Assembly (NCBI GenBank): GCA_951406725.2
Contig: OX597816.1
Coordinates: 135,780,001-135,844,000 of the forward strand
Direction of reading: 5' to 3'
From: Octopus vulgaris
Lineage: Eukaryota
DNA length: 64,000 nt
Shown here: positions 1-11,600 of the stretch, piece by piece
Layout of the letters: every line of letters starts with the position of its first letter
Position numbering within the stretch: position 1 is the stretch's first letter
The notes under the pieces: model-generated
Databases searched by the model: none
Seen by the model: only the letters and a program-made list of their open reading frames with translations
Told to the model about the DNA's origin: nothing
Made by a program: the position numbers and the translations under genes

Positions 1-174
1 GTATTGTTATCACTAGCGATATCAAAGTATAACTTTGTGTTTTGTATTTTATGTGTAGATGTATATATATATAGATGTACATGTAATATGTACACATATA
101 TATATACACATATATACATGCATAATATATCTACCCATACACACATACGCACACACACACACACACATACATAG

Positions 175-310
175 GGGCAGGTGTGGCTGTGTGGTAACAA
201 ACTATGTTCCAAACACATGATTCCTGGGTTCAGTCCCACTGTGTGGTGACTTGGCATGTGTCTTCTGCTGTAGCTTCAGACCAACAAAAGCCTTCTCAGT
301 GGATTTTGTA
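175..310 (+). mobile_element. tRNA-derived SINE head (family 1), truncated
   Basis: tggctgtgtggtaa...gggttcagtcccact A/B-box-like head shared with the copies at 14822, 22196, 37844 and 44472. Confidence 0.75.
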
Positions 311-359
311 CATATATACAGGCATACATACATATATATACTTGCATACGTACATATTC

Positions 360-2379
360 GGCATAAACACTCTACCACTACAACTAATAACTGTTGGGAA
401 CACTTTCAAACCTGCCTTACATTTGAACCGGAATCTCAACGCCCGAGTTTTCCATCTGAAGTTAATCTCTTTCATGGAGCTCATACAAAAAGGGCAAGTC
501 TTTGGGCCCATACAATGTGACATGTACACAATCGAGTGGCAAAAAATGGCCTTCCACATGCTCATATCCTGCTTTGGCTCTCAGCAAAGATCAATTCCAA
601 TGACATCGACAAGATAATCTCTGCAGAGCTTCCTGATCCAGCTTTAGACAAAGAACTATACGAAATAGTTAAATAAACATGGTACATGGTCCACGTGGGC
701 GTGGATTCAACATAAACACACCATACTTGAAGGACAGCATATGTTCAAAAAGATTTTCAAGGAGGTTCCTACAAGAAACTCAGACAGGTGCTGATGGGTA
801 TCCATCATACAGACGCAGAAAACCAGAAGACGGAGGTTTCACAGCAACTATCGGACAGCACGATGTTGATAATAGATGGCTTGTTCCATACTGCCCACTC
901 CTGTCAAAGACTTTCAATGCCCACATCAATGTTGAGTTTTGCAACTCTGTTAAATCCATCAAGTACGTTTGCAAATATGTAAACAAGGGTTCTGACACTG
1001 CAATGTTTGGACTTCAACAAGAATACTGCCAGGATGAGGTGACGCATTATCAGGTGGGACGGTACATAAGTAGCAACGAGGCTTTCTGGCGCATCTTTGG
1101 CTTTCCAATTCACCGACACCCCGCCATTCAACAGCTTGTAGTGCACCTGGAAAATGGTCAAAGAGTGTACTTCACCGATGCTAATGCTTCTCTGTTGGCA
1201 GAGGAACCAAGGGATAGCACACTCACTGTATTCTTCAAGCTTTGTCAAGTGGATCCATTCGCTCAAACCTTGCTGTATCCACAGATTCCAACGTACTACA
1301 CTTGGAATGGAAAAAAATGGGCCCCATGGAAAGCAGGCCAAAATGTTCATGGATACCCTGGCATTAAGTTTCACACTTGCCTTGGGCAAGTATACACAAT
1401 GCATCCCACTCAACAAGAGTGCTTCTTACCTTCGTCTACTACTGCATGAGGTCAGAGGGCCAATGTCTTTCCAGGCCCTAAAAACTCTCGGTACTGCAGG
1501 ACAAATGGAAGTGTGGTCATTTTCCTCTATTGTTAATTCTGTAGATGATCTCAAAAACAAAGTCTTTCCCAACATCACACAAAACTACCAAAATCACAAT
1601 TGGCTGTGTGAAAGAGCATTATTAGCTAAAAAAGACATCGCTGTTAACAAAATTAATCAACAGCTAATGCATTCTCTTCTCGGCACTATACACACTTACA
1701 AGTCTGTTGATACAATTCCAGATATAAATGAAGTTGTGAACTATCCTCCTGAATTTCTCAATTCACTGGAGCCTCCTGGACTACCTCCACACATATTAGC
1801 ACTTAAAGTTGGAACTCCTGTGATGCTACTCCGCAATCTGGAACCACCAAGACTTTGCAATGGAACACGACTGGTGATAAAGAAAATGATGTCACACGTT
1901 ATCAAGGCGATCATTCTTTCTGGGTGTGGAAAAGGTGATGACGTCTTTATTCCAAGATTTCCTCTTACTCCATCAGGAGCAGAAATTTCATTTACATTCA
2001 GAAGACTGCAATTCCCCCTTCGTGTCAGCTTTGCCATGTCCATTAACAAATCTCATGGTCAAACCCTCTCTGTAGCTGGTCTTCTCTTGGAAGAGCCCTG
2101 CTTCTCGCATGGGCAACTGTATGTTGGTTGCTCAAGAGTAGGAACCAAAAGAAACCTTTTTGTATATGCTCCACAAGGAAAAACAAGGAACATTGTTTAC
2201 AACGAGGTGTTATAATCTCAACAGCCAGGAGGTATATACATGATCCCCCTTTTTTTAACAAACTTCATATACTTTCATGTATTTATATTAATATACATGT
2301 GTGTATCCATATATATATATATATAACAGAAAAGTCTAATTCTTCAATTGAATGTAACCGGCCAACGTATCTCTGCTAG
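360..2379 (+). mobile_element. Helitron remnant (RepHel pseudogene, frameshifted, internally deleted)
   Basis: Rep motif YTIEWQK/GLPHAHILLW broken by a frameshift near 546. Also ISAELPDP, MVHGP, NAHINVEFC, KYVCKYVNKG and C-terminal Pif1 helicase motifs RLQFPLRVSFAMSINKSHGQT and FSHGQLYVGCSRV. Second frameshift near 1426. 3' end ...ctgCTAG|t at 2376-2379. Confidence 0.9.
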
Positions 2380-2394
2380 TATTATATATATATA

Positions 2395-3157
2395 ATGTTG
2401 GACATATGAAGCATTGGATGTCGCATGTGAGAGAGATATCTGCGCTGGTATGGTCATGTACTATTGATGGATGAGGAGAGCTGTATGAAGAAGTGCCACT
2501 CTCAAGCAGTGGAAGGAACCTGTATTAGATGGAGACCCAGAAAGACATTGGATGATGTGGTGAAGCATGACCTTTGAACGTTGGGCTTCACAGAGGCAAT
2601 GATAAAAAACCAAGACCTCTGGAGATATGCTATGAATGAGAAGACCCGCCAAAGAATGTGAGATCTCAGCTGTAGCTTACATCAGTGTCAGATAACCAGC
2701 CCACTGAAAAAAGTACCTTTGGATCGTAAGGTGACATGCTATGCTTGAGGAGGCCTATTTAGTCAAGTACATCAACATCAAAATCTAATCAAACCATAAT
2801 CAAATGGAAATTGTAGCTTTGGCTGATGCCAGCGCCACCTCTGTAACTCCTCATGCCAGTGGCATATAAAAAGCACCATCTGAACATGGCCAATGCCAAC
2901 CCCTACTTAACTGGCTCTCATTCCATTGGCACTTAAAAGTACCATCTAAACGTGGTCGATGCCAGCACAGACTGGCCCCTGTGTCGGTGACACGTAAAAA
3001 GCACTCAGTACACTCTCAGAATGGTTGGCGTTAGGAAGGGCATTTAGCTGTAGAAACACTGCCAGATCAGACTGGAGCCTGGTGCATCCTCCTGGCTTCC
3101 CAGACCCCGATCGAACTGTCCAACCCATGCCAGCATGGAAAACACGTTAAACGATGA
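2395..3157 (+). mobile_element. RTE-clade LINE 3' fragment with (GAT)n tail
   Basis: Decayed LRWYGHV..MDEESCMKKCH...VEGTC...RPRKT followed by the family 3' end ...ccaacccatgccagcatggaaaa...ttaaacgatgat. Confidence 0.8.
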
Positions 3158-3221
3158 TATATATATATATATATGAAAAAACAAGTCAAAATAGAAAATG
3201 CTAAAATAATTTTATAAAGAA

Positions 3222-3269
3222 CATTTCAGTACCGGTTTCGGTCATTTTGAGACCTTTTCAACTGTAACG
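3222..3269 (-). ncRNA. Minimal type I hammerhead ribozyme motif, antisense copy
   Basis: Exact reverse complement of 3438-3485. Confidence 0.6.
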
Positions 3270-3437
3270 ATTAAATAATTAAATTTAGAAAAATTAGAAG
3301 AAAACTTTTCGAGGTCGAACACACAAGTGCAAACAAGGGAGTCAGAGAAAGGCAGAATGCCACTAAAATTTGAAAACTATACAAATATTCCTTTAAAAAA
3401 ACTTTTCTTCTAATTTTTCTAAATTTAATTATTTAAT

Positions 3438-3485
3438 CGTTACAGTTGAAAAGGTCTCAAAATGACCGAAACCGGTACTGAAATG
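3438..3485 (+). ncRNA. Minimal type I hammerhead ribozyme motif (U3-A8 core variant), copy 1
   Basis: cgttacag-UUGAAAA-ggtc(tcaaaat)gacc-GAAA-c(cg)GUA-ctgaaatg. Stem I 7/8 paired, stem II 4 bp, palindromic ACCGGU stem III. Confidence 0.65.
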
Positions 3486-3640
3486 TTCTTTATAATGTTC
3501 TAAATTTAATTATTTAATCGAACACACAAGTGCAAACAAGGGAGTCAGAGAAAGGCAGAATGCCACTAAAATTTGAAAACTATACAAATATTCCTTTAAA
3601 AAAACTTTTCTTCTAAATTTTCTAAATTTAATTATTTAAT

Positions 3641-3688
3641 CGTTACAGTTGAAAAGGTCTCAAAATGACCGAAACCGGTACTGAAATG
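3641..3688 (+). ncRNA. Minimal type I hammerhead ribozyme motif, copy 2
   Basis: Identical to 3438-3485, 203 nt downstream. Confidence 0.65.
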
Positions 3689-3769
3689 TTCTTTATAAAA
3701 TTATTTTAGCATTTTCTATTTTGACTTGTTTTTTCATATATATCAACTCGTGTGTTCCTTTTCACCCTT

Positions 3770-3807
<38 letters not shown>

Positions 3808-4976
3808 TTATGAAATCATTTTTAGTCTTCTTTTTTGCTGTGGTTTTGTTTTGTATTTTTTTGTTTTGTGTGATCTTGTGGCAAATAAAATCATATTAAC
3901 CTACTTAAAATTTATTTTATGATTTTGTTGATAGATATTTGGTAGCTTTAACAGCTTTAATGAAAATAAATGTTAAGAATTAAATAATTGAATTTAATAT
4001 CTCCATGTGATCTTCAGAAAATCACAGATAATTGTCACTTATATTCAAGGCCTACTAATATACAAATGTAATTTCTCAAGAATTTTGGTTTTGATTTCAT
4101 ACTTAAATTGTGTTTGGTTTTAATATTTTTAACTGATATAAAACATGTGCTGATAATTGTTATAAAATTATAATTTTTAATGCTAATATATCTAAACGAA
4201 ATTTTGCATACGATAACATAGTGCTAAACATTGTTTTTGTTTTGTTTGTTTTGTTTTTTTCTTAGTTTATATTTAGGTGGTATGATTTAATATATTAACA
4301 TCAGAATTAAAATCAATTACAAATTTAAAATTCAACATTTTTATTAAGTTATGAAGTTTAGTACTGAAATGAAACTTGATGCTTTACCGTATCTAGTTTT
4401 TGTCTTTCACATTACTATGTTCAAATCCCACTGAGATTTGACTGATCATGCCTGAGTTGATAAAATAAACATAAGTAATAATATATTGCAGTCATTAATT
4501 GATATTCATTCCTGTTTTATTTTCATACAAAAATTATTTTGTGCTTAGAAAAAAACTAGATTTCATCTGAGTTTCATTCAGAGCTTAGTTCATAGCTACT
4601 TGGAGTTCAGGAATTTAAGTTAAATATCTGAACCCTTAAGGAATGAAAATCAAGAATAATTATATATATATTCACATAATAGTTAAGAGAAATCATTTAT
4701 TATGTTGATGCTTTGAATTTATTATGCAAGTTACCGTTCAAGAATTTGTGAGCTATACATTGAAAAATAAATGATATTTTTTTGGTTTTGTAAATTGAAA
4801 ATGGTGCATATCTATTGTATTGCAGACTTTTAAATTACTTTCACTAATAATTTAGTAATATATTGCATATTGCATTGATGCATAAATAATGTAATGTAGC
4901 AATCTTTACTACAACATCCTGATGCAGATGTCTACTTTTCCTACTATTTCTTACTGACTTTTGGTATATTTTTTAG

Positions 4977-5194
4977 TGTCCTGCGACCTCTGATTGTGTT
5001 CCTATGTCGGGCAGTATTTTTTACCGGAGGATTTCATTGGATTTCTGTGAAAGGATCGAGGGCTCGCACTGAACTGGCTCCAATTGTTGCTCTCGCTCCG
5101 CATTCCTCTTACTTCGATGCCTTGCCTGTAGTATATCTAAACTTAACAACAGTAGTAGCAAAGTCAGAAGTGGAAATGGTGCCATTTTTTGGAA
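4977..5194 (+). CDS. LPCAT2: LPCAT catalytic exon, variant A (mutually exclusive; LPCAT1-like)
   Basis: ttttag| ... GGAA|gtatgc; 218 nt, phase 2 in / phase 1 out. Encodes VLRPLIVFLCRAVFFTGGFHWISVKGSRARTELAPIVALAPHSSYFDALPVVYLNLTTVVAKSEVEMVPFFG. Branch point tactgac at 4952-4958. Confidence 0.92.
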
Positions 5195-8100
5195 GTATGC
5201 ACCTCATTTATATTTTTCTCATGTCACTTGTCACGTAGTTCACTGTAGTTAGATATTGTTACTTCAAAATTCTTTCGCATCTTTTTTTTTTTTATCAAGT
5301 GCCAGACTTTTATTTAAGATTAAATGTCGAAGCCTCTTTTGTTTAGAAAAATGAAATGTGTAGGCTTACAAACTGGTGTCTTCAAATTTTCCTTTTCAGT
5401 TGCCTTTCTAGTATTGTTTAATACGTGTTATGCATGTTTTGCATGGCCATTTAATACATTTGCTTGATGTATTTGCTGCAGTGATGAAAGTCTTAATACT
5501 TAACCATGCAAAATATTGTTGGGTGCCAGCCAAGTATCATATGAAGAGTTAGATCAATATTAGACATTAACTCAAAGAAAAGAACCTGGCATTTCTGTTA
5601 TTATAACACATTTTTTTAATTATAATTTATAAAAGCTACTTACAGCATTCTATCATACAGATAAATATCAATTATCAAGTCATACTACAATTATCCAATT
5701 AATGATTAACTTCGCTGAGCCTCAAAGTATTCTGTATGAAAATCAGAAGGGTACTAAGAATTTAATAAATTTTATATAACTTATTTCTTGTAGTTTATAC
5801 TCCCTGTGGATGTTGCATTGTTTTGGAATCTTTCTTGACTAAGCTGTAAATAATCTGTTTTAATGATTTCCTTTCTTTCTAGATTTCTAAAGCTGCTTAT
5901 GTATGTAAATATTTATGTAAATTTTAAATTTGCTGCATTTCATTCTTTATACTACATAGTTTAACATCTTTCTTTTATCTGAAGTAGATTGTATTGAAAC
6001 TGAAAGCCTTTTCTTCTTCATTTACAAATTTTTAAGTATATAAAATTTATTCTTTTCAGTTTAAAACATAATTTTTCATGCTTTCTTACCTATTACTATT
6101 AAGAAATTCATTCTCAGACTCAAGGCACTGAAGCTTTTCTTTCAGTTTATCTGTTCATCTATATTGCTATAATGTATTCATTTCAATACTTGTTTTTTTT
6201 TATGAAAAGGACAACTTTTATTGCCTTAAATTGTGTTTTTTATGAGCAGGGCTCTTTATTTCCATTATCTATCTAGAGTATATATACTAATCTAACAGGT
6301 TGATGCAGAGTTTCTAGCCATCAAAAGTGCTGTTTTAAAGAGTTATATTTTATTCAAAAAATATTTGGTATAAAAAGTATGTTAGATATTGAAATATTTT
6401 CCCATTATAGCTTGAAATAATTTCTTTTTATACATTCTTTTTAAAATTACTTTTAAATAATTTTCTTTTCCATTCCATTTTGCTGGGGACTGGAAATACA
6501 TAGCAGTAGACTTATTCATATTATTTCAATGGACTGATCTAATCCTAATTTCCGAAATAAGTTGAAATTCAGCTTGCTTCTTTTATTTAAAAATCAAATT
6601 CTTTACTGACTAGTATTAGTTTATATTCATTATTGCATAAAATTATCACACACATGTGCATGCACATACACATGCACACACACACACACACACAAATAAT
6701 GATCATTAAATATTATCCTTATTGTTAATTTAGTATCCATGTTGGTGTGAGCTGGACTGATATATATTCTTTTTTAAAGCAATGTTTTACATGGTTAAAT
6801 ACTTTTTGTCTTATCAGGACCCATTGAAATGAAGTAAGCCATATGTCATCATCACCATCATCGTTTAATGTCCATTTTCCATGCTTGCATGGGTTGGACG
6901 GTTTGACTGAGGTCTGGAGAGCCTGCAGCTGCACCGGGCTCCAATCTGATCTGGCAGTGTTTCTATAGCTGGATGCCCTTCTGAGAGAGTAGTGGGTGCT
7001 TTTTATGTGCCACTGGAATGGGGGCCAGTCAGGGGTCACTGGACACAGTTGCAATTTTGGTTTTACTTGTCTCAACAGGTCTTCTCAAGCATATCATATC
7101 ACCTGACACATCAAGAGTACTCTTAAAGGCCGGACATCCAACACTGGAATTGGTCATGGATGTGATCTCACTTTAGTTGCCAGGTCTTCTCAATCACAGC
7201 ATATTTCCAAAGGTCTCAGTCTCCTGTCATTGCCTCTGTAAGGCCCATTGTTTGAAGTTCATGCTTCACCATTTCATCCCATGTCTTCCTGGGTCTACCT
7301 CTTCCACAGGTTCCTTCTACAGTTAGGGAGTGGCACTTTCTCACACAGATGTCTTTATCCATATGTAACACATGATCATAACAGTGCAGTTATCTCTCTT
7401 GCACACCATATTTGATGCTTCTTATGTCCAACTTTTCTCTCAGAGTGCTTACGCTCTGTCGTGTGTGCACACTGACATTACACATCCAGCAGATCATACT
7501 AACTTCATTTCTTTCAAGCCTACACATGTCCTCAGCAGTCATGGCCCATGTTTCACTGCCATGTAGTATGGCAGTTTGGACACATGCATCATACAGTCTA
7601 CCTTTCATCCTGAGAGAGAGGCCCTTAGTTGCCAGCAGAAGTAGGAGCTCCCTGAACTTTGCCCAGGCTATTCATATTCTAGCCGCTACACTCTCAAAGT
7701 AACTACTCCCACTATAAACTACTTCTAGGTTTTCCCCTTGGCATGTGATGGAATCTGTTTTCTGTCCATCTTCAATGTTTACTGCCCTTGTGCATCTGCC
7801 ATACACAAAACTATCTTCCTAGTTAACCTTCCTTCGATATTGCTGCACCTTTTATGTATCCATAGCTTACATCAGATACATCGTATGGAGTTTCTATCCA
7901 TGCTTTTTCTACAGATTGGGTAAGGTCATCTACCTGAAGGTGTTTGTGATTTGTCAGCCTTCCTACTTACTAAGACTATATATATATAGGCATACATATT
8001 ATACTTCGCACCTTAAAATATCTTTTACTACAACACTGGGCCAGCCAAAGATTTGTGAGTGAATTTGGTAAATGGATTCTAATAACAGCTGGTGTTAGGA

Positions 8101-8241
8101 AGAGCATCCAGTTGTAAAAACCCTGCCAAAACAGACACAGTAGCTTGGAGTAGTCTTCTACCTGGCTGGCTCCTGTCAATCATCCTACCCATGCATGCAT
8201 GGAAGACGAACGTTAAATGATGATGATGATGGTGGTGGTGA

Positions 8242-8286
<45 letters not shown>

Positions 8287-8566
8287 TCTATGTTTGTGTC
8301 TCATTCTCTTGACTTTACATTCCTTGGAGGTTTGTAACAAGAATAGTATTTAGTTATAGAAAAATCTGCTTCGATACCCTCTATCCGTCTAGAAAATTGG
8401 ATTTTTTAATGATGATGGTGATGATATTTGGTAGGTGCAGGCATGGTTGTGGGGTTGAGAAATTAGCTTTCTAATCATGTTGATTTAAGGTAGAACCACT
8501 CTTTAGCCTTGAGTTGGGCAATGCTTTGTGAGGGAAAGTTGGTAGACAGAAAGTGTTCAGAAGCTT

Positions 8567-8603
<37 letters not shown>

Positions 8604-11600
8604 ATACATGTGTTTCTATCTACATGACTGCATTGATACTTGATACCACTTTGAGAATAGTGACATTGTTTATGTCCCATGAAAGAAATGTCTAGCAGCT
8701 TTCCAGTTCAGTGTGCAAAGATGTAGAATAAAAGTTGCTTGCTTGAAAAACAAGTGTTGGTTTTAGGAAGGGAATTCATTCATAAAATACTTCCTCAAGA
8801 TGTCTCATTCAGTCATGCCACCAGTAAAAAAAAAAGCAGATGTAAAGATGATGAATATTGCTTCTCACTAAGCACATCTTTCTTTTATGCCTAGGATTGA
8901 AAGGAATGTTTGGTGTAATGTGTAGGACAAAGGAGAGATGACTAAATAAATATCAGAAGAGACTGGACCTATACAAAATAGTATGATGTTTGAGACAGTA
9001 ATGGTGACAGTCATTTTGAGAGAGAGAGGACAATTCTACATTCTGTGTATTATAACTTAAATGTTGAAGGAAAAATGAAAATGATATGTAATTAACATCT
9101 CATTTCACACTGTTTGCAGCAAGCAAATATTTAACCCTGTATTGTCTTGAAATCTGGATTCATACTATCCCTGGTCCCATATGCTGTGAAAGAAGGTGTA
9201 GCACCAAAGTAGCTGTGTAGGAACTGTCTAGCTGAAAAGTTTTATATATCAACTTTCTTGTGCATAACCAAATATATATTTTTAGATTTTCTTATGGAAC
9301 CTTAAGCTTAAGCAACTTTCAAATTTGGTGATTACCACAACTCAATCTTGTCATTCTAATTTGGAAAGAAAATACTTAATTACAACAGCCTAGTCTTCAA
9401 GGGCCAGGTACTTAATTGCTTGCCTAAAAACGTCAGGGATTTAACAAGTTTTTGTTGACATTTAAAAAGTGTAATTTCAAATTGCTAAGGTTCCCATCCA
9501 ACCAGCAGTAGCTGCTGTTTACAGCCTAAATAGTTTCCACTGATGTATTGGTACAACAACTATGTAATCTTATGTAGAAGCTAAAATAACAATGATAAAA
9601 TAAAACCAAAATAGTTTAGATGAGCATAGTGTGAAAATATTTGATGACATGACTATTTGGAGTGTGACTTTTCCAAACTTCATCCTTGGCAGAAATGTTA
9701 GCTTATGTATAATTAACCCTTTATCATTCAGATTACTCTGTCAAATGTAAAGCTTATTTATTCACATTTTAAAAATTAATTATGAATTATTTTGTAACTT
9801 AAAGATTTTGGCTGATGTGATTGTTTATTTTTAGAATAACATTGTAGAGTTGGTGTGAGATGCTTGATCTGACCAGTTTGAACATCATAAGTAGAATATT
9901 TGGGCTGGATATGGCTGGTTTAAATGCTAATGGGTTAAACTTTAAATGTTCTTGCAACAACAAACTTGATAAAATTTATTTAGTTGCTTTAATTCAATAA
10001 TTACAACCTTCGGTTATCTTTTAATGATGCATTGTTTAAATGAAATGTACACATATTGAAAAATAAGCGGTGTTGTGATGGGAACAAATGTGAAGAATTG
10101 AGGGGATAACATTAGTAACTAATAATAAGCATGGAAGATTTAAGGAAAATCTGATCAGAACTGCTTATGTAATATCAGATTTTCTCAACAAAAGCTATCC
10201 ATCCACTTTAAGCTGTTTATGGGTCAGAATGATCTAACTCATTCCTTTGATGAAACTAAATCATAAGAATACAGGGAAATTACAGAAATAGAAAATGTTC
10301 GTGCAATTATTGATAATGCATCATTTTTAGTTGGCAGGAAAAAACCTTTAAGATTACTTTTGATATAAAATAAATTGTGAGTTTTTAATATTTTGTTTAT
10401 TGTCAGAGCAGTGGATATTATACAGTACCAGGCTGGATACTTTACTGAAACTAGTTTGGTATCCATGGATGGATTAGCTTTTCATCTCTTCAGAGTTGAT
10501 CAAATTATTATCAAAACTAGGTCAATCAAATCAACTATTTCTCTCTTCTCTAAAAATTGGCTCTGTACTACTTAGTCAACAGAAAGCAATAGCAATTAGT
10601 ATATTTTTGTGTGTAAAATCAAAGTAAATCAATTTTATGTATACTGCATATTGCAGTGGTAAGTTGGCATTGATTACCTTTTGGAATTATGTTTATGGGA
10701 AAAAGCTGAAAGGTCACAACTTGTAATTTCTCCACTACTAAAGTCTCAAGCTTCGTGTCTATGCCAAAAGACATTATATATTGTCTCACTTTTTTTATTT
10801 TTTTAACTCAGTTGACAAAGCTCAGCTAAATTAAACTCAGTCTACTGAAACAGAAATTCTTTCTGGAATGAATATCAGCACAAATCAACAAAAGTTTATC
10901 AATGTTTCATAATCGAATCAACATGTTGAGCTGATGAATTTAATGGCTGCAGCAGACATGAACTTACATACTGATTTATCAATTATAATTCTATAATATT
11001 TTATTGAATTTTGTCTTAAACAATTTGGTAGTTATTTTTGTTAAGCATGTACTTTTCTTACAAGTGTTCTTCATTGTAGAAAATGAGGCATAAATGCTTT
11101 GTAGATGTCATATAGTGCAGCTAGAATTAGTTTCTAGATTAATGCATTTTTAAAGTAAATAAACTTTAATTTCACTGACTTCTTTGCAAAAACTAAGGGT
11201 TCTAGTATCCAAAAATATTGAGAACTTTCTTGGTTACAGATTTGTAATCTAATCAAAGTTTAATTTTAAAATTTCTTTTATCAAACCAATTTGCTTATAT
11301 TTTGAAATAAATATAACATGTTTTTATAAATATATTTCTATCAGAATATTCCCCTTTATTGCACTAGAATACATAATTTTCAGCTTTAATAAAATCTCTT
11401 CAGTTATATTTAATATTGTTTTACATTTTTAATCATATTTAATTTCAATAATAATGGTTGGCGGGTAAAAAAGTGCTCCAAGAAGTCACTTCAGATAGTT
11501 ACTTTATATTAATTATGGATAAGAAAATTAAAACTCTTCAACTTACAAATGAAAACTGCTCATAGAAGCAGAAAATATATCATTAGAAAAGGAAGCTTGA

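Larger units (their letters stand above)
3170..3742. mobile_element. Penelope-type fold-back repeat with internal tandem duplication and hammerhead motifs
   Basis: Left arm ~3170-3305 is the reverse complement of ~3606-3742 and, partly, of ~3403-3495. The spacer is also duplicated. Flanked by (TA)n. Confidence 0.75.

Noticed and set aside
679-2215. 256-aa and 353-aa ORFs as a host PIF1 helicase gene
   Set aside because: They are frameshifted pieces of a Helitron RepHel lacking Walker motifs and ending at a Helitron CTAG terminus.
3170-3742. CRISPR-like repeat-spacer array
   Set aside because: Eukaryotic intron; the repeats are inverted or duplicated with identical spacers and there are no cas genes.
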